64,000 bases of DNA, taken from the NCBI RefSeq assembly GCF_037042905.1, contig NC_087252.1, forward strand, positions 7,876,001 through 7,940,000, written 5' to 3'. The notes below the pieces were generated by a model that did no database searches, was not told the origin of the DNA, and worked only from the letters and a program-made list of their open reading frames with translations. The stretch is from Lytechinus pictus. Its lineage: Eukaryota. Made by a program: the position numbers and the translations under genes. Below, one piece after another: positions 24,339 to 35,859 of this stretch (its first letter is position 1; every line of letters begins with the position of its first letter).

Positions 24339-24477
24339 ACATTTGATTTTATAACTCTGTGCTTGTAATCAACCTGATCTCATTTGAATGTTTATGTCAA
24401 ACTATTCTTTTATTATATACCTGACTTTTGTGATTATAATTTGTAAATAAAGTTTTCATTTGAAAAGTCAAAAAAAG

Positions 24478-24525
<48 letters not shown>

Positions 24526-24662
24526 TCCTCCTTCCTTCCTTCCTTCCTTCCTTCCTTTCTTTCTTTCTTTATTTGTTTCTTTCTTCCCTCCTTCCTTCCT
24601 GTCTTTCTTTCTTTCCTCCTTCATTCCTTCCTTTCTTTCTTCCTTTCTTTCTTTCCTTCTTT
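24478..24662. repeat. (TTTC)n/(TTCC)n microsatellite, 3' flank of Tx1 element
   Basis: Pure TTTC directly after the A-rich tail, degenerating distally. Confidence 0.95.
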
Positions 24663-24745
24663 CACTCTCCAAATCCTCCTTTATTCGTTTGCTCTTCCTC
24701 TTCATCTCATTTTATCACATTTCCTTTTTTTATTCAATCCACTTT

Positions 24746-25011
24746 TACACTTTTTACACACGCTAAAATTTCCTTAACCCCGTACTATAGGTGGGGCTAA
24801 ATTGCCATTTAGCCCCACCTATAGAACGGGGTTAAGCTTAGCCCACTTTCTTTTTACACAGCATTTTTGCAAAGTGGGCTAACCCCACCTTAAGTACGGG
24901 ATTATTTGGCCCTGCAAAAAAACAGGGTTATCCCAGCAATTGCGGTGCTAAGAGCGATCGTACGGGGTTAGCGATAGTCCGGGGCTAAGAAAATCCTGTG
25001 TAAAAAGGGTA
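24746..25011. mobile_element. MITE with internal TTAGCCCCAC/TTAACCCCG-type repeats
   Basis: Left TACACTTTTTACACACG...CTTAACCCCGTACTAT is an inverted match to right ATAGTCCGGGGCTAAG...TGTGTAAAAAGGGTA. Confidence 0.7.
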
Positions 25012-26867
25012 TCAGGGCCCCTGACACAAAGTCGACCTATTTCATTATTATCGAGGTCCCCCCTCCGTGCAGATTAGAAGGGTGATTAACTTGTATACTC
25101 TTATAAATCACAATTTTCATCATCTATAGATGAGGGAATTTCCCTTTTCAAATGATTTGGATTTTTGCCGGTCATTAATATTACCTCTATTCGGCTTAAT
25201 ATCATCGGTAGAGACTATACATCCATTAATACCAATTCATGTTTACCCCTTTCTATATTTCAGTCTCTTCATTTTCCCCCCAATTAACCATTTTTATTTC
25301 CCCCTTAATTTTCACCCCTTATTTTGAGGCCAATTTCTTTCTCGCAAACTACCCTCCCCCTCTTAACCTTCTTTCTGTTTTTGTCTTCAATCTTGCTCAT
25401 TTTCCCAATGATATATATATAATGAAATTTACGGGGATACTTTGTCGAAGGTAGAAAAACAATTATTAATGATGAAATGAAATATACTGTTTATCTTCCT
25501 AAAATCATCAATACTTGATTTTCTATATAAAAATTTGAGGTACTAAAGTTTTTAAGATTCGTCCGTAAGATTAGTTATGAATGCGCTTTTCTATTTTTAT
25601 TATGTATATTATAAAGAAAAAAATATACATGAGCAAGGTAATCGTATCTTTATCAAGCAAAAGTGATTTGAAAAAGCGACTGGTATCTCAGTCTAGGCTG
25701 ATCAATCATACAATAATGGATGACGCATGCGCGACCTTGACAAACGAAAATATTTATATTATTTCTATTCGAAAATGAAGGATTTCCTGGGCTTTATCTC
25801 CCCCGGTTGTCCGATGATGAATGTGGCTGGAGGGTAGATTGCATTGGTCAAGTCTATGGCCAAATTACGTTGACCAATGTCCAGCAATATGACGATTAAT
25901 TCTATTTGTATGCCGACCAGCACAGGCTACATGATTGCAGGCGCTGTTATTTGGCATTGGAACAGATCGTCTGCATCCAAAATGGTGAATTAATCAAAAG
26001 TATTTTGTCACTTTTATATTGATGAACGGATGACCTGAAGTTCATTGATGTCTTCTCAAAATATAAAAATTGGCAAATCCTTGTTTGCATGGAAAATTAA
26101 TAAAAAGGCGTTGACCTCCTGTATTCTTGAAATTCGATCTAGTTTTTGTCAACGAATGAGAATTCGAGAATAGGCGTATTTTCATATAGCCTATGTGGCT
26201 CATAATGAAATACAATCTGTTTATTTTCATAATAATCATGCAACATACACTAAATCATTGATTGTTTATGAAAAAAGATCACTCTGTTGACGTACAGGAA
26301 GTCTATATGCTTAACATTCACAATCATTGTATTCTCTGAAGAAAATTTGGCAGAGTATTGTTACGTCACTACTCAAAATACACACGTGCTTTCTACTGTA
26401 GATGAAGAGTAAGCGACGACGAACGTCATCACATTTTGGTTAGGTCGGTGCATTTCGCTTCGACTTCCACATGACAGCACAGCGCAGCGGCCAGTAGTGT
26501 CCGGGGAGAACCGGCCGGTGGACGGTTGCAATGTACGGTGGAAGCCCGTGGTCTGTGTTCGTAGGTAGATGGTGGATATTATCCTACGGCTTATGATGTC
26601 GGGCAGCTTCGCGAGCATGAGAGGGTCATTATTATTATGCAAAATGATTTCACGGTTCGCTGCTCCCGCCTGCTCGTTTTGGCCATGCACTTGGCCGTGT
26701 GTGGTTAGTTTGGCATTTCAGACTTTTGGAAGCATTCTCTTTCATTCAGCCTCTGAAATGTCATTATTGAATTATATTATGGCCTATTTTATTATTGGTA
26801 GAGCAATTATGCCTGCTTCATTATTGAACTAAATAGAGTTTCAATGTTGAACTATATTTTGTTATCT

Positions 26868-27010
26868 TTTTCAATTCGATTCTTTATTTCATTTTCATTC
26901 GAACATAATAAAAAGTAATATAAATCAGATAAAAATTTAAGGATTGTCATGGAAATGAGGGGGTCCACTAATAGCAAGTGCTTGTAAACTGTTGATCCTC
27001 CTATACAGGA
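26868..27010 (-). mobile_element. Truncated 3' end of a LINE related to the element at 10020-14365
   Basis: Reverse complement GAGGATCAACAGTTTACAAGCACTTGCTATTAGTGGACCCCCTCATTTCCAT aligns with 14090-14142; followed by an AATAAA/TGAA tail. Confidence 0.7.
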
Positions 27011-27245
27011 AATTTCAATGTTGAATAGGATCAAAATTTGAAAAGAATTCATCATGCCCTTTAGTTAGTTACTGTTTAGAAAAAAAATTGAAAGATGGTA
27101 AACAAAACTTTCTGACAAGTAATTGCAAACAAGTCGGCTTGTATCATGACGCTTGATGTGCAATCCTGTTACTATAACAACAAAGCCACGGAAGAAGAGA
27201 AGATTTAAAAATGATAGTGGAAAATTGAGAGAAAAATATACAAAG

Positions 27246-27401
27246 CAGGGGCCGCGGCACGGTTTTCAAATGGGGGGGGGGGGGGGCACCATGCAAAATA
27301 ATCGCAATCATAATTATGGTCATTTTTACGTTTTTGTACACGGTTTTGGAAAAAAAGTGGGGGGACTGAAGCCCCCCAGCCCCCCACTTCCGCGGCCCCT
27401 G
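27246..27401. mobile_element. CAGGGGCCGCGG-ended short MITE (hAT-like)
   Basis: TIR CAGGGGCCGCGG / CCGCGGCCCCTG; homologous to 33172-33315, 29056-29230 and the fragment ending at 47674. Confidence 0.8.
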
Positions 27402-28239
27402 CTTTGATAGGGCCTAGAAATAAATAAGCTGACGAGGAGCATATCACAAAGAAAGCAAAAACGAGATGATTTGTCTTAAACGAGGGGCAGTAGGGCCTAT
27501 ACGACTCCACCATGCCATGCTTATGTCGAAATTAATTTTCATATTTTTCATTACTGTCCCGATTTGTGAGGCAATCCCTTTCGAGCTGCCATTCCCGTTG
27601 TTTTCTGCTCAGTCGCACATAATCGCTTATTATAGGCAGAAAAATAAACCTAAACTATATAAATCTTTGGCGTACTTACTCCCCCCCCCCCCCCATGAAA
27701 GACTAGACATGGCGTATTGGGCAATAAAAAAGGCTGCGAGAGGGCGAAGCGAGCGAGCAAATTCGTTTTTACATTAATTACAAGAATATAATTTGTGATA
27801 GATTTTCATATAATATTCAGATAATATCATAATATCATTACAACTTCAACTCTTTGCCTATTTTCTTTTTTATCCTCCCATTTTTCTTGGTTGTGATTTT
27901 TTGGGGGAGGACTTAATGTCCCCAAAGATTTTAATGCTATCAACTAATCAGGCTGGAATACTTTTTCGTAGCCCATCGTTGTATTTTTTTCTTGAAAAAT
28001 CCTGCAAAGATGGTCTGAATTATGCAAACTACGCGAACACACACTCATTATGACAATTGACGAAGCGAATATAATTTGATGACGAACTCGCCTTCGATCA
28101 AAATGCAGATTTATACCCTCTTTTCAATCTCCAAACGAAACGAACAGATGCGGAATGGTATGAAGAATGATTCACAGAATGCAATAATGTATTACAGGCA
28201 GAGAAAAAAAAATAATAAAAATAATAGAGGAATCGCAGT

Positions 28240-28425
28240 CATTTTATTATTTTACTTATTTATTTACTTATTTTATTTGTTTATTCATTATTTTGCTTAT
28301 TTGTTTATCTATTAAAGTATTTATTTACTTATTTATTTGTTAATTTATTTGTTTATTTATTCATCCATTTATCCAATCATTTATTTATACATATATATAT
28401 TTACTTGCTTATTCATTTATCTCAT
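28240..28425. repeat. Degenerate (TTTA)n microsatellite
   Basis: Visible tetranucleotide repeat. Confidence 0.8.
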
Positions 28426-29055
28426 GTATTACAAAATTTTGAATATTGATTTAAAAATAAGGTTTGCTTCATTCAGAGGCCATTCTCTTGGAAGTCCGCT
28501 ATATTAAACGCCGATGGGCTATTAACATTTTCATATGAGTGACTTTTTCTTTATTAATGATTTTAAGTGTATAACGGTCGATATTCATTATGGTTTAAAG
28601 ACTAGTAAAAAGCAAATAGTCCTAGAGGACGTTATTATTAAAAAGGAAATAGCATTGCAGATGGATTATTCATATTCAATGTCGATTTCATTCATTTCAA
28701 TTAGAAGAAAATAACAGTATCATTATAACTTACATTTGGAGACATAGCCATAGTAACCAAGGATATTAAAAAAATCATGTACAGGCCCGGATTTTGCTTT
28801 TAGCAATTTAAAAAATAATTCTAAAATATATACACTGCAAATCTGTAAATATATCTGTGGGAAATCAATCAAGATCGTGTAAACAGTTACTAAGGACAGT
28901 GTACGTTTATCCCTCAGTTTCATTCCCTGTTTTTGTTTTTCCTGTAGAGCTTTGGGTCAACAAGCAACAAACAAAGGGGGAAATTATCAAAAAAAGAAAG
29001 ACTAAAAAACACCTTTTTATACAAGGAAGGGGGGAAGGTGAAAAAGTGAATTAAA

Positions 29056-29230
29056 CAGGGGCCGTTGAACAGTTTGGAGGGGGGGGGGGGCTGAACATGC
29101 ACAAAGTCACAAACTGATTGTTATTTTTATGTTTTTGTACATCATGATTGAAAAAAGGGTATAAATATGTGTGTATAGGGGGGGGGGGTGGGTTGAAATC
29201 CTTCACGCTGTCCCCGATTCCGCAGCCCTT
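29056..29230. mobile_element. Diverged copy of the CAGGGGCCGCGG MITE
   Basis: Same layout: CAGGGGCCG, poly-G, CATGCACAAAGTCACAA, TTTTTGTACA, poly-G, TTCCGCAGCCCT. Confidence 0.6.
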
Positions 29231-32200
29231 TTACGGACGATACACATAGTCGTTCCTCACATGCACCATGTATGCAGACGATTTTGAACATGACCGTGGA
29301 CGCAAGTGATTTTGGCGCGCGTTCAGGAAACAAAAATTTCACCTGCACAGGCGACCGAACGATATCGTGATCGATAGTGCAAGCGCTTCGGCAAAGAGAT
29401 GCCGGTTCCTGTGCACGGTATTGTGTGCTGAGATGGACAGGTGGAAGAAAATGACTGATGGAGAAATGTGGCAAGGGGGGGGGGGCACTATAGTATAGGC
29501 ATGCATTACATTTACCTCGGAGCAGCGCCGCCAATGACAGGCCTATTTTGGAATACGAATAGGAGGGAAGATTGGAGGGGGGGGGGAGCTGTGGTTGAAA
29601 TTGAACCTATTTTCAAAATTCGAAATATGGAACTTTTATTTATTTTCCATACTTTACACCCCTGTATAATTTTCCCATATTTATCGATGTATTGAAATAC
29701 AGGCCTACTATATATACCCTCAAACTGAAATTAAACTAAACACAATTATAATGGGGAGAGTAGACATGTGAAAATAATCGTACATTGACTGAGGCGCTTA
29801 ATTCACACATGCATACTCCTAGATAAGACGGGTGACATTTTGAAATAAATCTCCCGATAAAATAAATAAATCCCTCTCCAAAACCCCATCTACATACCCA
29901 CTTCTATTCCTGAAGAAAAATGATAATGCGTATCAAGATTCCCGTCTGTCATTTCGTTATTTTACCATCTCTAAATGATTTTTTTTCCTTTTGAAGGTCG
30001 CTTTCACTCCCACTCAATGTCAAGGGCTCATATCGGAGATAATTCAATTTTCTTTTCCATATTTTTCTTTGCAGCATCCATAGAGACAAACCGGGGGAGG
30101 CGAATTCAACAGCTTTTATTAAATTACGCGTACATCTGGAAAACTCGAAAGGGGATAATAGCGAAGAGAGAGGGGGAATTGCGAAAAACAACATTTATAG
30201 ATGACGTTTTACGGATGCGCGGAAGATAGAGAGAGAGGGGGGAAGGGGGGGGGGGTGTATGTGGATGTATAGCGATGTAAAATGTATGGGGTGGGGCGTG
30301 TGCTCCTGATGCCATTTTCAGGGGGAGCTGCGATGGCAAAATCGAGGAAAAGGGATAAAATAGTGCATTGAAAAAGAAAAACTTCAAAATTCATTTTTGT
30401 ACCGTATGCATGCAGAAGCAAAGAAGATGTACCGATGTTAAAACAAGGGCGTATTCATTGCCGCCTCCCCCTCATCAATGAGACGAAATCCACATCCTAC
30501 AACAAATATTTCCTTATTCATAATGAATATACATGCAATTTAGGTGCTACAAACGCATTATTTCGTTTCGTTCTATGTTGAACATGATGAGCGTGATTGT
30601 AAGAAACACTGATTGCAACAATATTGTCACCAAATTTTCACAATCATGACAACTATATTGAATGGCAGAGTCTTTCCATTTCTTTTCTGAAATCGAATTC
30701 ATTCCAATTAAACATTTATTTTCTTCCGATTGACATTGCACAGGTTACATCCAATGATACCGTGAATTAAAACATAGCATCCCATGTGAAAAGTAATACT
30801 CCATGCTAAGTTATCGAAGACCACTCAATACAATGTACGGCCGCTTTAATCCTTCTTCATATTCATAATAATCATTTCAAAAATCATGGGCACAATCATG
30901 ATAACTACATGCAGCCTTGAAATAAGCGGATGTAATTAGTTTTGGTATCTCTTCCTTCGCCCATCATGCTATATTACCACATTGCGTGCGATATAGAAAC
31001 ACATGCTGAAAATGATTAAAATAACGTTCAATGTTCCCGCCATGAAGACGTGACGAACTTGACTGTATCGGCATTGCAGACTGATATATAATTTCTTCTG
31101 AAATGTTCATGGAATTCATTGGCGGGCATGCAGATGGGGGGGGGGGGGGGCTCGGGACGGAGGTATGGACCCCAAAAGTTTTACGACCAAGAAAAGAGGG
31201 AGAGAAAAAAAAACACAGTGAAATGTAATGTTAATTTCTGAATATTGTTTAAAAATCTATCACACTAAATGAAGGCCTATATAGTGCATGGTCGTACGAA
31301 GGTTTTTTTTTTTTCCGGGGGGGGGGGCAAGACGCATACAACGTTAAAAAAAACTCTCGAGGGCGCTATTGCATATTCTAAAGCAAAATTGAAGGATTTC
31401 GTGCAGTCTCTTAGTGAATTGTGCAATTTTCAGTAACAAAATTAATTTCAGTTTTCAAAATTCCGGGGGGGGGGGGGAACTTCCACTGCCCCCATGTTCC
31501 ATGGGGGCATGCCCTACTGGTTTGGTTATCCGTGAGGGGGGGGGTGGGTTCAGGTAGCCGTTTAATAAAACTTGTTTTATTTTACACACACTTAAAACGT
31601 CGGGGCAACACTTTGTTGGGTGATGTGTTCGTAAAAATATACACAACAAAAAAAGTAAGTCCGAACCAATGCGAGTTTTTAATATATTTTTAGATGAGCG
31701 TGTAGGTAATTTTATAAGCTACCCTCTGAGTAATTGTTATGGACGTATTTTACGTCATGCTTCAGTGAGCACCTTCAGAAGGCAAAAATGTCACTTTTCA
31801 AAAGTCACAAGCCAAATATCATTACTTTGATTCCATTTTATTGGAACTAATTCCACATTCTTATCATGAAAAATAGTCAGAAGGCTTGTATAAGGTACTT
31901 TCTAAAAGACGATACAACTTATTTGGCAAAATTTCACGGTTGAATAAACCCAAGTCCAAATTTGCTATAATTAGATTTTTTACACATTTCTATTAAAAAA
32001 CATGATCGAATATGATGACAGTTATTTTGGGGAAGAGTATCTTCAACAATATTCATTGTTTCACGGTTCAATGAACATTTATTGAAAACAAAAAATACGA
32101 TTTACAAATATCATAGGCAAGTATTGTTTCATTTTGGTAACTGAAAATGATCTTTTATCAACTTTTTCGTTATGTTCATGACCAATTAACATGCTTCAAT

Positions 32201-33171
32201 GATTCAATGGCGTTTAATTAAACATTCACGCTTGAATAAACATGTGGAATGTGATTAACTCTTTTTTACGTTATTGGAAAAAATGCAATTTGTAACTATG
32301 GATATCTGTCACAAACCTCCTTGCATACTTCATTTGATTTTATTTTTATGAAAATCCCGAAGTTTAATGCATCAGTGAGCACACAATATTTGAAAATTAT
32401 GCAAATGAGAATAAAGTTGGCCCCACTCTGTGCCGTATCGAATGGTTATTTTGGTGTGCGCGCCTTTTGGCCATGTGCGAAGTTTCATGAAATAACTGTT
32501 GGCAGAAGTAACAAAAACCGTCCATGAAACAAACCCTCATTTCACATTTCTTAAAATTTTGACTTCCTCTCTCATAGACATTGTGTATATTATGGGTGCA
32601 TATATGTTTACGAATAAGTAACCCCTTATTCAATATGGTGGAACTTTTTTCAAGGCTGTCTTTCGCAATGTCATTTGGCAGTAATGTTTGTATCAACCTA
32701 TGGGCAGAATTCTGTGCAAAAATGAAATCGATTTGTTTATTTATGGATGAGTGAGCACGCATCAAAGTGGGAAAAGGGGTATTTTCAATGTCACAGACTC
32801 ATTTGAAAGGGTAATAAAGTGAATATTGGGGGAAATTCGGTTTCAAATGTGACTTTAATTGCTGTTGTTTTTATCATCCATCAATTCTATCACCACACAC
32901 TTTCCGAATGTTTAGCATTTTCATGGTTGAGCGAGCACATTCGAAAACTTAGGAATGAATACTCTTTTTACTGCATACATGTATTCTTTTCCTAACAATT
33001 TCTCAGGATCAGTTTAATTTATGGACAAATCAGTGGTGGATCCAGAATTTTTAAATGGGAGAGGGGCCTATAATCGGGGGAGCCACCAACATTTTTAGAT
33101 CTTAACATGATCTAACAAGTTGTAGACTACCATAATACTACCATAAACCCCTATGATGATACATCACAATA

Positions 33172-33315
33172 CAGGGGCCGCGGAACGGTTTTCAAAGTGG
33201 GGGGGGGGGGGGGAGTGACCATGCAAAAAATCACAATCGTATGGTCATTACATTTTTATACATGCTTTTGGAAAAAAGTGGGGGCTGAACCCTCCCCCCG
33301 CTTCCGCGGCCCCTG
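33172..33315. mobile_element. CAGGGGCCGCGG-ended short MITE
   Basis: Perfect 14-bp TIR CAGGGGCCGCGGAA / TTCCGCGGCCCCTG; CAATA on both flanks. Confidence 0.8.
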
Positions 33316-33377
33316 CAATACATTGTGCTCACTCAACCCTAAACATACGATATCAAAATTGTGGGTGGAGTGGCTAA

Positions 33378-34222
33378 GGCTGCGTTTATGCGACCACAAG
33401 CCAGAATCATGATTTGAATCATGATTTGAATCATGATTCAAAACACAAACATGAATCACAATATCACAGAATCAGCGTTTAGACGACCTTCATTCCAATG
33501 CTGTTTCTCCTCAGATTCGGGCCAATCCAGTGCGCATCACTAGTGCGCAGTTTGACAGAGGAAGTTTTTCGCACGTGTTTCGGCTCTCGAAAAATCTTTT
33601 GCTTCCAGAATTCAGTCTATACCTCATTTTGTTTACTTCTATCATATAGGGTCCTTATGCTTCTATTCATCTTGTTAGTTTATCCAAAATGGTGTTCGGA
33701 AGTGAATTTCAACGTAGATCCAATTTAATATTGATCCCATATTGATACTGTATACTCAACAACAACTGAGATCATTGTCTGTCCAGTTAATTCATTTAGT
33801 TTTATACTAGAACTTGAAGTTGAAGACATGACCAAAAAATGAAAAGTAGTGGACGATGCGATGACCAACACAGAACTTGAACATGACAAGAAATGCATGC
33901 GTAGTACATAATCATGAACATACAATGAGCATATAGAGCGCCTTGAGCTTGGCCAGAGTCAAACCGAAAGTAGCCCGACACAAAATGCAGTGAGGTCATA
34001 GAATCATGATTGTAATCACGATATCGTTTATTCGAACATTTTCGTACGTGATTCTGCAGAAACGTCTTTCCAAACGCCCCTTTTTTCGTGTTTCATGTTT
34101 GTGATTCTAATCATGATTATATTCAATTTCGACTAAACGCAATCGTGATTCTGCAGAATCATGATTTGAATCATGATTCAGATCATGATTCTAGGGTAAA
34201 AAAGTGGCGGATAAACGCACCC
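33378..34222. mobile_element. Harbinger-like non-autonomous element with subterminal AATCATGATT arrays
   Basis: TIR GGCTGCGTTTATGCGACCAC / GTGGCGGATAAACGCACCC; TAA and TTA flanks; three tandem GAATCATGATT-type units near each end. Confidence 0.75.
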
Positions 34223-35214
34223 TTAGGGTACAGCATTAACACCATAAAATTCACATAAAAACAACTTTTGCCCAACTTTGTATTTGCACAATCTGAAAAA
34301 CGACTCTTGTGACTTTCAAAAATGGTCTTTTGTAATTCAATCTTTATTTACTCATGCATGACTCAACCGATCAGTCTCATTTTTCCCCAGGAGTTGACCA
34401 CCTACGAAATATTATATCTCAAAATAATTCCGTTCAAAAGTTACAGCGATTTGATTTAGGGGGGACTTATTTTTGTTGTTGTGTTTATATATATATTCTG
34501 GGCAATTATTATCCAATTGTACAAAGTTATTGACAAATTATCAGTTTTTATATACCCAATTTGGACAGATTTTGGACAGTATGTTGCCCGATGTGATGGT
34601 TAAAAATTGGGCCTTTTTTGCCCAACCTTTTTAAGAGTGCAGTTAAAAGCTATTGAAATCATTCAATTTGATTGGCAGAGAGCAAATTTTTTTGTTTCTT
34701 ATTACATCAAGCCTTTATGAAACTGACCCTGGTCAGTGCCTGGTGGCCCAAATTATAACAACATCATGAAGAGACAAACTGCCACCTCCATGGGATAAAG
34801 AATTGATAGATTAAAAAAAAAGGGTATTTTGAAAATCATAACGGAGATCAACTACAGGAGCAAACATTGAATCCCAGTTTTATTTACCCTCGGGTTCACA
34901 ACCCATACAACTGCATGCGTTCAAAGAAAAGAGACAAGTTGTATTTGTTGTTACGTAATAACACGATCTAACAGTACACAAGTGCACAGGTAACAAGAAA
35001 CATCACAAAAAAGCACGCAAACAATGAATTCTCGTAATTCTTTTGAAGGGGTTTCAAGCCATGTAAAGTAGAAATACTATCGGCAAGTAAACGATCTCAT
35101 AAATTTCTTTCTACATCTCTTGCAGACATAAAAATAAAACTATTTTTAGTGAATTTCTCTAGATTACTCGAAAGCAAATTAATGACATACAAGGCAAAGT
35201 AGGGAACATATAAT

Positions 35215-35376
35215 CAGGGGCGGATCCAGGATTTTCCAAAGGGGGGGGGGGCAAATTTTCGGAGGAAAATGTTGAGAAGCAAAAAAAAAAAAAGGTCTTC
35301 AATTTCAAAAGAGGGGGCAAACCTAGGTTTTAATGGCATTTTTACATTAAAAATTTTAATTTTAGATCCGCGCCTG
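35215..35376. mobile_element. hAT-like MITE with perfect 8-bp TSD
   Basis: CATATAAT|CAGGGGCGGATC ... GATCCGCGCCTG|CATATAAT. Confidence 0.85.
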
Positions 35377-35616
35377 CATATAATGATGACAAGAGTTAAT
35401 GACAATCAAAATGCAAGTTAAAGTAAAGTAATATCAGAATCAGATTACCGCTTTCATGACGTTGAATGGTCTCATCCTATACAGTTAGGACACTTAAGGG
35501 AACATGAACATTGGAAGATACAGAAATTGAGGGTGCATAGCCCCAACGAAATCTTTGCTCCTCCTGACTTTTTATGTTTTACTAATTAAAGTAAAGATAT
35601 CTTTTTCTAAAAGTTG

Positions 35617-35859
35617 CACTGCAAAAACTCCGGTGTTGATTTAACACCAGCCCGGAATCTTATATATGTCCACACCAGAGAAGTATTGAGACAAGACCAG
35701 TTTGGAATCAAACCGATGCTGTTTTAATACTAATTGGTGTTGTATAAACACCTTTCTGGTGTTAGACCAAAACGAAACAGGTGTTGTTTAATACTTCTCT
35801 GGTGTGGACATTTATAGATTCCGGGCTGGTGTGAAATCAACACCGGTGTTTTTGCAGTG
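35617..35859. mobile_element. CACTG-ended (CACTA/EnSpm-like) MITE, AACACC-rich
   Basis: Long TIRs starting CACTGCAAAAACTCCGGTGTTGATTTAACACCAGCCCGGAATCT; closely related copy in opposite orientation at 61503-61741. Confidence 0.9.

Larger units (their letters stand above)
18673..24477 (+). mobile_element. Full-length Tx1-clade (L1 group) non-LTR retrotransposon, Kibi/Koshi-like
   Basis: 209-nt 5' UTR, ORF1, 54-nt spacer, ORF2, short 3' UTR with AATAAA (24446-24451) and AAAAGTCAAAAAAA; both junctions abut TTTC repeats. Confidence 0.92.
31642..34483. mobile_element. Old DNA transposon relic with long imperfect TIRs (Tc1/mariner-like), containing nested MITEs
   Basis: Left CACAACAAAAAAAGTAAGTCC matches the reverse complement of GGACTTATTTTTGTTGTTGTG; ~160-170 bp inward AAAAGTCACAAG matches CTTGTGACTTTC; TA at the left flank; no transposase ORF recognised. 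Confidence 0.5.
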
